From assembly GCA_937992175.1 (NCBI GenBank), contig CALKLF010000022.1:16318-80317 (forward strand): a DNA stretch of 64,000 nt, given 5' to 3'. The notes beneath the pieces are model-generated. The model was given only the letters and a program-made list of their open reading frames with translations, was not told the origin of the DNA and did not search any database. This document shows positions 38,217 through 46,560 of the stretch, one piece after another. This DNA comes from an uncultured Fimbriimonadales bacterium (GTDB taxonomy: Bacteria > Armatimonadota > Fimbriimonadia > Fimbriimonadales > GBS-DC). The first letter of the stretch is position 1. The number at the start of each line of letters is the position of its first letter. A program made the translations under genes and the position numbers.

Positions 38217-39059
38217 TCAGTTGATGCCGCGCTCCAGACTCAGCCACAGCCGAATCGCCATCGCCAGTGCGCCGATGCCAATCCCGAACTCGATGGCGCG
38301 CTGCACAGGCGCATTGAGCGCGTTGAGTATCCAGTTCGCAATTTGCGGCAGGCGCAAATTGTATAAAATATTTTCTAACATAAACGGGTTGGTGCGCATT
38401 TCATCAGTTAGCGTGGTGGGCAGCCCCATCGAGTCGCTAATGAACTTGCCCAGCGGCACGATGCCAATCATCACCACCATTGCAGTGAACATCAGGATGC
38501 TGGCTTCAATTGATCGGATGCGGAACGCGCGATACGCCGCCGAGAAGATGTAAAATGCGATCAGCGAGAACATCGTGGCGTCGAGCTGAATCAGGGTGTA
38601 GTCGAACAGCAAGGTGAAGGCGCGTTCCAACAGGGGAGTGCGCTGCACGCCGAGCAACTCTTTTTCCGCCAGCGTGTTCCAGACGCTAAAGAACGCCATC
38701 GTGACGAAGGCGATGAGCAGCACGAGGCTGTAGCCCCACTGGGGACGGCGTTGCACCGCGTTGCGCAAGTGCAAGCGAATCAAACCATAGGTGCCCAGCC
38801 CCAGCGACAGGGCGGTAATCACTTGCAGTGAGCCTTGCAGTCGCTGGAACGGATCCGTGAGAATGTTTTTGCCTTCTTCATTGACGGGTAAAAAGAACTC
38901 GGCGGCGAAGAATAGCCCTGAGATGAAAGTGAACACCGCAATCAGCATATAGCGTCCGCGCGGGGGTAGAGTCTGTAGGAGGGGTATGAGCGCAAAGAAC
39001 AGCACGAACGCGCCGATAATCCAGAACGCCGCCCAGGTCGCTTGTGTGGTATCGAACAT
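38217..39059 (-). CDS. integral membrane protein, unknown family (cluster gene 3)
   Basis: 280 aa, about 6-7 hydrophobic helices. No motif recognised. Confidence 0.6.
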   Translation of the reverse strand: MFDTTQATWAAFWIIGAFVLFFALIPLLQTLPPRGRYMLIAVFTFISGLFFAAEFFLPVNEEGKNILTDPFQRLQGSLQVITALSLGLGTYGLIRLHLRNAVQRRPQWGYSLVLLIAFVTMAFFSVWNTLAEKELLGVQRTPLLERAFTLLFDYTLIQLDATMFSLIAFYIFSAAYRAFRIRSIEASILMFTAMVVMIGIVPLGKFISDSMGLPTTLTDEMRTNPFMLENILYNLRLPQIANWILNALNAPVQRAIEFGIGIGALAMAIRLWLSLERGIN

Positions 39060-39062
39060 CGG

Positions 39063-39899
39063 TTAGCCTCCTCCCAGTTTGAGTCGGATCCACTCCATGA
39101 ACGGCTCCCAGCCGCCAGGCTTGCCCAACAGCTGAATGATGGGGTGATCGGCCCCGAGTACCGTGCTAAGCACCGCGCCGCCCAGGATCAGTGAGCCGAA
39201 GGCGATTTTCGCAAGGTCTTGACCCACCATGCTGCCCAGCAGCACCGGCTCGCGGCTGATATACGCGCTGGTAGCGTAGAACTCGTCGCCGATAATCGTG
39301 TAATCGCACGCCGCCACAAAGAATGGTACCTGGGTGATACTCACCGTGCCAGCAATCTGCACCGCGCCCACGATGTTGCCTGTCTCGGCGAAGATGAGCG
39401 ACTCGGCGAAGAAGATTCCGAACATAAAGTTCGCAGCGACGCGCTCGCGTTGCAGCAAGCCCGCCACGCCCGACGCGAACGCGAACTGTTCGGAGGAGAG
39501 GAACCGCACGCTGTCGGGGTCATACAGGTCGGGGCGCCCTGCTTCGTTGTAGGCGTCGGCGATAGCTTCCTGCGCGACGGCATACACGGTGGCGTTGGCG
39601 GTCAGCAGGCGCATCGGCGTCGCAAAGCGGGCAATCTGCTTCGTGATGTACTTGAAAATCGTTAGCGCCTGCACCGCCTCCACGCCGAACGCCGTCAAGC
39701 CCGGAATCATTGTGACGGGGCGTCCCAGCTCGGTCGAGCGTCCAATCGCTTCGTCGATGGCGTCCAGACCTGGAATACGGCGGATGTAGAGTTCTCTGCC
39801 TGCGCGGGCACGCCAGATGTTAATCAGCACCGCCAGCGCGATAAAACCGATCATAAACGCCGCGAACCAGTTATCCTGCGCGTGTTGATAGCTGCCCAT
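39063..39899 (-). CDS. membrane protein, unknown family (cluster gene 2)
   Basis: 278 aa. N-terminal TM helix, a region of about 110 aa, then 3-4 further hydrophobic segments. Ends KLGGG. Confidence 0.6.
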   Translation of the reverse strand: MGSYQHAQDNWFAAFMIGFIALAVLINIWRARAGRELYIRRIPGLDAIDEAIGRSTELGRPVTMIPGLTAFGVEAVQALTIFKYITKQIARFATPMRLLTANATVYAVAQEAIADAYNEAGRPDLYDPDSVRFLSSEQFAFASGVAGLLQRERVAANFMFGIFFAESLIFAETGNIVGAVQIAGTVSITQVPFFVAACDYTIIGDEFYATSAYISREPVLLGSMVGQDLAKIAFGSLILGGAVLSTVLGADHPIIQLLGKPGGWEPFMEWIRLKLGGG

Positions 39900-39901
39900 A
39901 C

Positions 39902-40210
39902 CTATTCTCCCGATACCTGAGCGCGTCGCTCCTCCTCCAGCTCCTCAATGCGCTCCACTAAACGCTCCCAGTTCTCGCGCTCGCTTAAGAGTTGCGTATA
40001 CAGGTCTACTTTATCGAAGCCGAAAAACGGCGCGAGGAACGGCGAGAACACAATTCCCGCCTGCGAACCGATAAACGCGAGCGGTTTATGCAGTTCCAGA
40101 AACAGGATTGTCGGCGAGCTGAGTCCGCGCTTGACGACCTGCTGCGCCAGCGCGTCGATTAACTCCTGCTTCTGCGCCTCCGTCAGAGGCTCTTTCCAGA
40201 ACTCGCGCAC
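39902..40210 (-). CDS. small coiled-coil/amphipathic protein, unknown family (cluster gene 1)
   Basis: A GTG at 40210 is preceded by GAGGAAG and gives 102 aa. The track ORF (to 40399, sole ATG) would translate through four hairpin repeats. The start is unresolved. Confidence 0.5.
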   Translation of the reverse strand: MREFWKEPLTEAQKQELIDALAQQVVKRGLSSPTILFLELHKPLAFIGSQAGIVFSPFLAPFFGFDKVDLYTQLLSERENWERLVERIEELEEERRAQVSGE

Positions 40211-40224
40211 ACTTCCTCTCGTGG

Positions 40225-40344
40225 CTTGGAGAGTCCTGTCCAAGCAAGGTTTTTTGCGCACGGACAAGAATGTCCGCGCTACCCTCGCGGCTTGGGCGTC
40301 TCGCCCAAGTAAAACTTTGCGTAGCACGGGCGGGACGCCCGTGC
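40225..40344. repeat. four consecutive short hairpins (type C relatives)
   Basis: cttgga[gagtcctg]tccaag; cggaca[agaa]tgtccg; cttgggcg[tct]cgcccaag; cacgggcg[gga]cgcccgtg. Confidence 0.75.
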
Positions 40345-40449
40345 TCCATTTAGTTCGTTCCTCAAGCGGTTTCTCCTGCTGAGCCTCTGGTTCGAGCAAT
40401 CGGGCTTGATTCCTGCCATTGCGCCAGTTTCGGCTACAATATAGACGCG

Positions 40450-41892
40450 ATGGCGCGTCGGCTGGTTTTACTGACGGGGGCGACGGGCTATGTGGGCGGA
40501 CGACTGGCGCCGCGGCTCATCGAACGGGGCTATGCCGTGCGCGTGCTGGCGCGCGACCCCGAGCGACTTGCGGCGCGTCCGTGGCGCAGTCAGGTAGAGG
40601 TCTATGCAGGCGATGTGGGCGACCCCGAATCGCTGCGCCGCGCCTTGCAGGGTGTGGAAGTCGCATATTATCTAGTGCATTCGATGCAGAGCAGCGGCGA
40701 CTTTGCCGGGCGCGACCGCCACAACGCAAGCACTTTCGCACAGGCAGCGCGCGCGACGGGCTTGAAACACCTCATCTATCTGGGCGGTCTGCTGCCCCGC
40801 GAAGGCACGCCCAGCGCGCACCTGAGCAGTCGTGCGGAAGTGGGCGCGATTCTGCGCGACGCGCTGCCCTGTACCGAGTTCCGCGCGGGTCCCATCATCG
40901 GCTCTGGCTCCGCCTCATTCGAGATGGTGCGCTACCTGACCGAGCGACTGCCCGTAATGGTCACGCCGCGCTGGATCGACAACGAGGTCTCCACCATCGC
41001 GATTCGCGATGTGCTGAGCCATCTGCTTGAGTCGGCGGAGCGTGCGCCGATGGGGATTGTGGAGATTGGCGCGCCGCCGTTGACCTTCCGCGCGATGATG
41101 CAGATTTACGCGCAGGAGCGCGGGCTGAAACGCTGGATTTTCAAAACGCCCGTGCTGGCGCCGCGACTGGCGGCGCTTTGGGTAGGCTTAGTGACTCCTA
41201 TCCCCAATCGGCTCGCAGTGCCGCTGGTGGAAGGGATCGTGCATTCGCTGATTGCGGACACGACGCGGGCGCAAGCGTTGTTTCCCCAGATTCAACCGAT
41301 GGACTACCGCGACGCGGTACGCCTTGCGCTCACGCGTATTGCCGAACGCGCCGTAGAGACCCACTGGAGCGGCGCGCTCGGCGCCACCCACACCTACTCT
41401 CTGGAAGACTGGGAAGGCGTTATCTGCGAGGAGCGCACGACGCTGGTAAACGCATCTCCCCAAACCGTGTTTCGAACCTTCTGTGCGTTGGGGGGCGAAA
41501 CAGGCTGGCTGGCGTGGAACTGGGCGTGGCGACTGCGAGGGTTCATCGATAAACTGCTGGGCGGACCAGGGCTGCGACGCGGACGGCGACACCCCTACGA
41601 GTTGTTGCCCGGCGAGGCGGTTGACTTCTGGCGGGTGGAGCGCGTGGTTCCGAACCGCCTGTTGCGTCTGCGCGCCGAGATGAAGACGCCTGGCAAGGCG
41701 TGGCTGGAGTTCGAGGCAATCCCCGAAGGGGAGCAAACGCGCTTGGTTCAGCGCGCGCTTTTCGAGCCGCGCGGGCTATCGGGCGCGCTCTACTGGTATG
41801 CGCTCTATCCTATCCATCGCGTGATTTTCAGTGACATGGTGCGCGCTCTGGCACAACGCGCGGAGGCGGCGCAGACCAAAAAGAGCAAATAA
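40450..41892 (+). CDS. NAD(P)-binding SDR/NmrA-like protein with C-terminal DUF2867-like domain
   Basis: 480 aa. Rossmann motif LLTGATGYVGGRL. C-terminal half resembles the START/polyketide-cyclase-like fold region typical of DUF2867 fusions. Confidence 0.7.
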   Translation: MARRLVLLTGATGYVGGRLAPRLIERGYAVRVLARDPERLAARPWRSQVEVYAGDVGDPESLRRALQGVEVAYYLVHSMQSSGDFAGRDRHNASTFAQAARATGLKHLIYLGGLLPREGTPSAHLSSRAEVGAILRDALPCTEFRAGPIIGSGSASFEMVRYLTERLPVMVTPRWIDNEVSTIAIRDVLSHLLESAERAPMGIVEIGAPPLTFRAMMQIYAQERGLKRWIFKTPVLAPRLAALWVGLVTPIPNRLAVPLVEGIVHSLIADTTRAQALFPQIQPMDYRDAVRLALTRIAERAVETHWSGALGATHTYSLEDWEGVICEERTTLVNASPQTVFRTFCALGGETGWLAWNWAWRLRGFIDKLLGGPGLRRGRRHPYELLPGEAVDFWRVERVVPNRLLRLRAEMKTPGKAWLEFEAIPEGEQTRLVQRALFEPRGLSGALYWYALYPIHRVIFSDMVRALAQRAEAAQTKKSK

Positions 41893-41896
41893 CCCC

Positions 41897-41956
41897 GTGG
41901 CTTGGGCGGCCCACCCAAGCATCGACCTCTTCACGCACGGACAGGACTGTCTGTAC
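41897..41956. repeat. two hairpins between convergent genes
   Basis: cttgggcggcccacccaag and cggacag[gac]tgtctg. The second overlaps the last codons of the minus-strand gene. Confidence 0.6.
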
Positions 41957-42407
41957 CGCGGCGGCGTTTCTTCTTTTTCTGCTTGGTCTCGCCCAGCGCG
42001 TGGGCGCAGTGCGTGCGCACTAAATTTTCAACCACTTCGCGATGGTCACCGTACCACAGAAACACGCCGCGATAGGCGTTCAGGCGCGAGGGGTGCGCGA
42101 AGGGGCTGAGCAGCACGCCGTCCTCGCCCCACACGACGCGCTTGACTTTGTCCCAGCGCATCATGCGGGGCGACCAGCCGCGTTGGCGCACGCCCTCCGA
42201 ATCGGCTTCGTAGCGGATGGGCAAGAGAAAGTCGGCGGTTGCGCTCCAGAGCATCCACAGCGCCGCCAGCCCGAAAATCCAGTGTCCCATTAGCCACGCA
42301 CCCAGCAGCGACGCGCCCACCAGCGCGAGCATAATCACCGGCAACCGCTCCGGCTGCCGTTTGGCTAAATGTACCTGCCACCGCAAATGAGTCGGTTGGT
42401 TGCTCAT
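41931..42407 (-). CDS. hypothetical membrane protein
   Basis: Start set at ATG 42407 (MSNQPTHLRWQ...). Two TM helices, then a soluble domain and a Lys/Arg tail. The track ORF to 42578 runs through a repeat. Confidence 0.5.
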   Translation of the reverse strand: MSNQPTHLRWQVHLAKRQPERLPVIMLALVGASLLGAWLMGHWIFGLAALWMLWSATADFLLPIRYEADSEGVRQRGWSPRMMRWDKVKRVVWGEDGVLLSPFAHPSRLNAYRGVFLWYGDHREVVENLVRTHCAHALGETKQKKKKRRRGTDSPVRA

Positions 42408-42420
42408 CGTCTGAACGCCC

Positions 42421-42499
42421 AGATTCCTCGCTCCGCTCGGAATGACAGGGGCTTTCTGCAATACGAAATCTTTGTCATTCCGAGCGGAGCGAGGAATCT
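42421..42499. repeat. 79-bp palindromic mini-element (type E), perfect 27-bp arms
   Basis: agattcctcgctccgctcggaatgaca (42421-42447) and tgtcattccgagcggagcgaggaatct (42473-42499), with a 25-bp spacer. Confidence 0.9.
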
Positions 42500-42511
42500 C
42501 CGAAACACATT

Positions 42512-43801
42512 TCAGTTCGCCTGAGAAGCGGTTTCTCCTGCTGGCTTCTCGCGGAACAGCGCGGCGAAGGCAAGCCATGCCATAATTGTTATCACTGTTG
42601 GCACGAGAAACACCATTGTGTAGTTCGTGACGCCGTCCTGCGTGAAGAAGTCCTTCAGCCAGCCCGCGAAGAAGCCGCCAATCAGCATCCCGACGCCCAG
42701 CACGGCGACATTAATCAACGCCTGCGCGGAGGAGCGCACATCGCGCGGCGCGACCATATCGGTATAAATGAACGCCACCACAAAGAAGAACACATAGCAG
42801 AAGCCGTGCAGGGCAAGCGAGGCGACGGCGAGCCACACCGTCCACGGGGCAGTCTGGTGGAACGCCCATGCCAACGCGAACACGGCATACCGCGCGGGCC
42901 ACGCGAAGATGCCCAGCAGCATCGTTTTGCGCACGCCCCAGATGGGCAGCACAGCGGGGAGCATAAACGCAATCGTGAAAATCTCCGCGCCTTGAGCAAT
43001 CACTGACTGAATGAGCGGCAGGCTGGCAGGCGTGATGCCCACCACACTGCCCGCCGACTGCAGGAAAGGAAAAGTCAGCACATAGTACAGGGGCAGCTCG
43101 GTCGCCACAATCAGCGCAATAATAAAGAACACGCGATAATTCGGGTCGCGCAGCAGGCTAAAGGCTTTGGTGAACGCGAGCGGGTCGGTTGCCTCTTTGA
43201 CGGGGGGCGTATGGGGCAGCCTGAGGCACGCCAGCGCCGTGAGGAGTGAGATCCCGCCCGCCAGCGCAAACACATCAATAAAGCTCCACTGTAGCGAGTC
43301 GAAAATCGCCCGCACGAGACTCACCATAGTGTTCGCCACAATCCAGCCGATTGTGCCCCACACGCGAATCGGACCGAACTCAATTTCGGGGTCTTTCAGG
43401 TTGCGGAACGCGACCGAGTTGGACAGCGCGAGCGTCGGGGCGTAAAAGAAGGCGTAGCCCAGCATCAGCAGCGTCATGGGCATCAGCTCGCGCTGGAAGG
43501 CAAGCGCGATCAGCAACACGCCGCCCAGCAAATGAAACAGCGTCAGGGCGCGCTGCGCGGGCATGAAGCGGTCCGCCACCTGCCCTGCCGTAAAGGGCAC
43601 AATCAGGTTCATCAGCGGCAGCGCGTTGTAGATGAACGCCAGTCCCAGCCCTGTGAAGCCGAGTTTTTTCTCTAAATAGCCCGCCAAAGCCACCGACCAT
43701 GTGCCCCAGATGGCATACTGCAGAAACATCATCACCGCCAGAGTGGGGCGCTCGAACAGCACACGAAATGCGATTACGAATGCGCTCTCTCGTCTCTGCA
43801 T
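42512..43801 (-). CDS. MFS transporter, nucleoside:H+ symporter-like
   Basis: 429 aa, 12 helices. The N-terminal MMFLQYAIWGTW pattern is typical of the NHS family. Confidence 0.65.
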   Translation of the reverse strand: MQRRESAFVIAFRVLFERPTLAVMMFLQYAIWGTWSVALAGYLEKKLGFTGLGLAFIYNALPLMNLIVPFTAGQVADRFMPAQRALTLFHLLGGVLLIALAFQRELMPMTLLMLGYAFFYAPTLALSNSVAFRNLKDPEIEFGPIRVWGTIGWIVANTMVSLVRAIFDSLQWSFIDVFALAGGISLLTALACLRLPHTPPVKEATDPLAFTKAFSLLRDPNYRVFFIIALIVATELPLYYVLTFPFLQSAGSVVGITPASLPLIQSVIAQGAEIFTIAFMLPAVLPIWGVRKTMLLGIFAWPARYAVFALAWAFHQTAPWTVWLAVASLALHGFCYVFFFVVAFIYTDMVAPRDVRSSAQALINVAVLGVGMLIGGFFAGWLKDFFTQDGVTNYTMVFLVPTVITIMAWLAFAALFREKPAGETASQAN

Positions 43802-43824
43802 AAGGTCTCTCCTTGCCTGCTGGT

Positions 43825-46485
43825 TTATGGTTGAAGTTGCTCTGCCACCAGTTGCGGGGTTTGCGCCAGCGCGTCGGCGAGTTTTTCGGGGTTCTTGCCG
43901 CCTGCCTGCGCGAAGTCGGGTCGCCCGCCGCCAGAGCCGCCCACCTGCTGCGCAATCTGCCGAATCAGGTTGCCCGCATGCAGCCCGCGCTGCACCCAGT
44001 GGGGCGCGACCTTCACCACTAAGACGACCTTGCCGTCCTGCGCCGCGCCGAGCGCCGCTACGCCAACGCCCTTCTGAATCAGGCGGTCGGCAATCGCGCC
44101 GAGCGATTTAGCGTCCACACCTGAGAGCGCCTGCGCCGCCACCTGCACGCCGTTCACTTCGACGGGAGTGATCTGCTCGATAGCTTGTGCCGCCGCGCGC
44201 TGCTTGAGCTGCTCCAGCTCCGTTTGGAGTGCGTCGATCTGGTGTTGCAGGCGTTCGACGGCGCGCGGCAGTTCGGGCACATGCGTCTGCAGCCGCTCGG
44301 CGGCTTCGCGGATGGCGTGTTCGCGCTCGCGCAGCCACTGGTAGAGCGCGCGCCCCGTGAGCGCCTCGATGCGTCGCACGCCCGCCGCCACGCTGCCCTC
44401 ATGCACTATCTTGAACAGCCCTGCCTCAATCGTGTTGCGCAGGTGCGTGCCGCCGCAGAGTTCGAGCGAGAAGCCCGGAATCTCCACCATGCGCACGCGC
44501 TCGCCGTATTTTTCGCCGAACAGCATCATCGCGCCGCGCTGGCGGGCTTCCTCAATCGGCACATCGTTGTAAACGCGCACCTCCAGCTCCTGCAACAGCT
44601 TCTCGTTCACCAGCGATTCGATGCGCTCCAGTTCGTCGGGCGTCACGGCGCGCGGGTGGGTGAAGTCGAATCGCAGTCGGTCGGGCGCGACCAGCGAGCC
44701 AGCCTGCGCCACATGGGTCCCCAGCACCTGCCTCAGCGCGGCGTGCAGCAGGTGCGTCGCCGTGTGGTTGCGCTGGATGTCCAGCCGTCGCTCAGCATCC
44801 ACTTTCGCGTGAACCTCCTCGCCCAAACGCAGTGTGCCTTCCAAAACTTTCGCGTGGTGGAAGTAGTAGTCGTTCGCTTTCTGGGTGTCCAGCACCTGGG
44901 CGCGTCCACCCTGCCACTTAATCACGCCCGTATCGCCCACCTGTCCGCCGGCTTCGGCATAGAAGGGCGTGCGGTTCAGCACAATTTCGACGGTCTCGCC
45001 CGCGTGCGCCTCGGGAATCAGGTTGCCCTCGCGCACGAGCCCGACGACCTGCGCCTCGCCCTCCAGGTGTTCGTAGCCGATGAAGTGCGTTGGGGCGGTC
45101 TGCTGCGCGAGTTCTGTCAGCGCTGCGCCCGTTTGCACAAAGAGTTTTTCGGAGATGCCGCTTGCTTCGCGGGCGCGCTGGCGTTGTGCCTCCAACGCCC
45201 TCTCGAAGCCCTGCATATCGACGCTGATTCCGCGCTCGGCGGCGATTTCCTGAGTCAGCTCCAGCGGGAAGCCGTAGGTGTCGTACAGCATAAACACGCG
45301 CTCGCCTGAAAGTTGCTTGCTCTGTTGCGTGTCGGGTTCGGCGAGCATCTCTTCCAGTCGCGCCAGCCCTGCCTGCACCGTGTGGCGGAACCGCTCCTCC
45401 TCGTAGCGCAGCGTCGTCTGAATATACTCCTGTCGCTGCACGATTTCGGGGTACTGGTCGCCTAAGGCTTCAATCACGGCGAGCACGAGGTCGGCGAAAA
45501 ACGGTTTCTCGAAGCCCAGCACGCGTTGCCCGCGCAGAATCGCCCGTCGGATGATGCGCCGCAGCACATAGCCGCGCCCTTCGTTTTGGGGGATTACGCC
45601 GTCGGCAATCGTGAAGGTCGCCGTGCGAATGTGGTCAGCAATCAGGCGGATCGCGGTATCGGTCGGCTCGCCCTGCTTGTAGTGCACGCCCGAGAGGTCC
45701 TCGATTCGCTTCACGATGGGGGCGAACACATCGGTTTCGAACGGGCTGTCGAAGCCCATCAGCACGGCGGCGGTGCGCTCCAGCCCCATGCCCGTATCGA
45801 TATTCTTTTTGGGCAGCGGTGTGAGTTTCGGCTTACCATCTTCCTCGCTGCGCTCGTACTGCATAAATACGAGGTTCCAGATCTCCAGCCAGCGCCCGCA
45901 GTCGCAGGCGGGACCGCAGTCGGGGTTCTCGCAACCCGTGTCGAGGTGCGTGTCGTAGAAAATCTCGGAGCAGGGACCGCAGGGGCCGTTGGGACCTTCG
46001 CTGATTGCGTTGGCGGGCCAGAAGTTGGTTTGCTCGCCCAGCCGCCAGATGCGGTTTTCGGGGATGCCCACTTCGCGATTCCACACCTCGAACGCCTCGT
46101 CGTCGTCCTGAAACACGGTGAACTGCAGGCGGTCGGTGTCTACTTTGAGCCGCTCGGTGAGGAACTCCCATGCGTACAGGATTGCCTCACGCTTGAAGTA
46201 GTCGCCGAAGCTGAAGTTGCCCAGCATTTCGAAGAAGGTGAGGTGCGACAGGTCGCCCACCGATTCGATGTCGGTGGTGCGCAGGCACTTTTGGACGGTT
46301 GTGACGCGCGGAGCAGGCGGCTGCGCGACGCCCAAGAAGTAGGGTTTGAACTGCACCATGCCTGCGCTGGTGAATAGCAGCGACGGATCCTTGGGCACGA
46401 GGCTGTCGGAGGGCAGCAGTAGGTGCCCTTTTTCCTGAAAGTAGCCCAAAAACGCCTGTCTCAGCGCACGCGCGTTCCACTGCAT
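43825..46485 (-). CDS. alaS: alanine--tRNA ligase
   Basis: Start at ATG 46485 (MQWNARALRQAFLGYFQEKGH). Class II core, editing domain HxxxH...CGGTH and C-terminal DHHA1 region. Confidence 0.95.
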   Translation of the reverse strand: MQWNARALRQAFLGYFQEKGHLLLPSDSLVPKDPSLLFTSAGMVQFKPYFLGVAQPPAPRVTTVQKCLRTTDIESVGDLSHLTFFEMLGNFSFGDYFKREAILYAWEFLTERLKVDTDRLQFTVFQDDDEAFEVWNREVGIPENRIWRLGEQTNFWPANAISEGPNGPCGPCSEIFYDTHLDTGCENPDCGPACDCGRWLEIWNLVFMQYERSEEDGKPKLTPLPKKNIDTGMGLERTAAVLMGFDSPFETDVFAPIVKRIEDLSGVHYKQGEPTDTAIRLIADHIRTATFTIADGVIPQNEGRGYVLRRIIRRAILRGQRVLGFEKPFFADLVLAVIEALGDQYPEIVQRQEYIQTTLRYEEERFRHTVQAGLARLEEMLAEPDTQQSKQLSGERVFMLYDTYGFPLELTQEIAAERGISVDMQGFERALEAQRQRAREASGISEKLFVQTGAALTELAQQTAPTHFIGYEHLEGEAQVVGLVREGNLIPEAHAGETVEIVLNRTPFYAEAGGQVGDTGVIKWQGGRAQVLDTQKANDYYFHHAKVLEGTLRLGEEVHAKVDAERRLDIQRNHTATHLLHAALRQVLGTHVAQAGSLVAPDRLRFDFTHPRAVTPDELERIESLVNEKLLQELEVRVYNDVPIEEARQRGAMMLFGEKYGERVRMVEIPGFSLELCGGTHLRNTIEAGLFKIVHEGSVAAGVRRIEALTGRALYQWLREREHAIREAAERLQTHVPELPRAVERLQHQIDALQTELEQLKQRAAAQAIEQITPVEVNGVQVAAQALSGVDAKSLGAIADRLIQKGVGVAALGAAQDGKVVLVVKVAPHWVQRGLHAGNLIRQIAQQVGGSGGGRPDFAQAGGKNPEKLADALAQTPQLVAEQLQP

Positions 46486-46560
46486 TGGTTCCCGCTCCAG
46501 ATGTTGGGATGATGAACGGTACAAGTATACCCACTGCCCCGTTTGCTCCGTGTTCTCACC

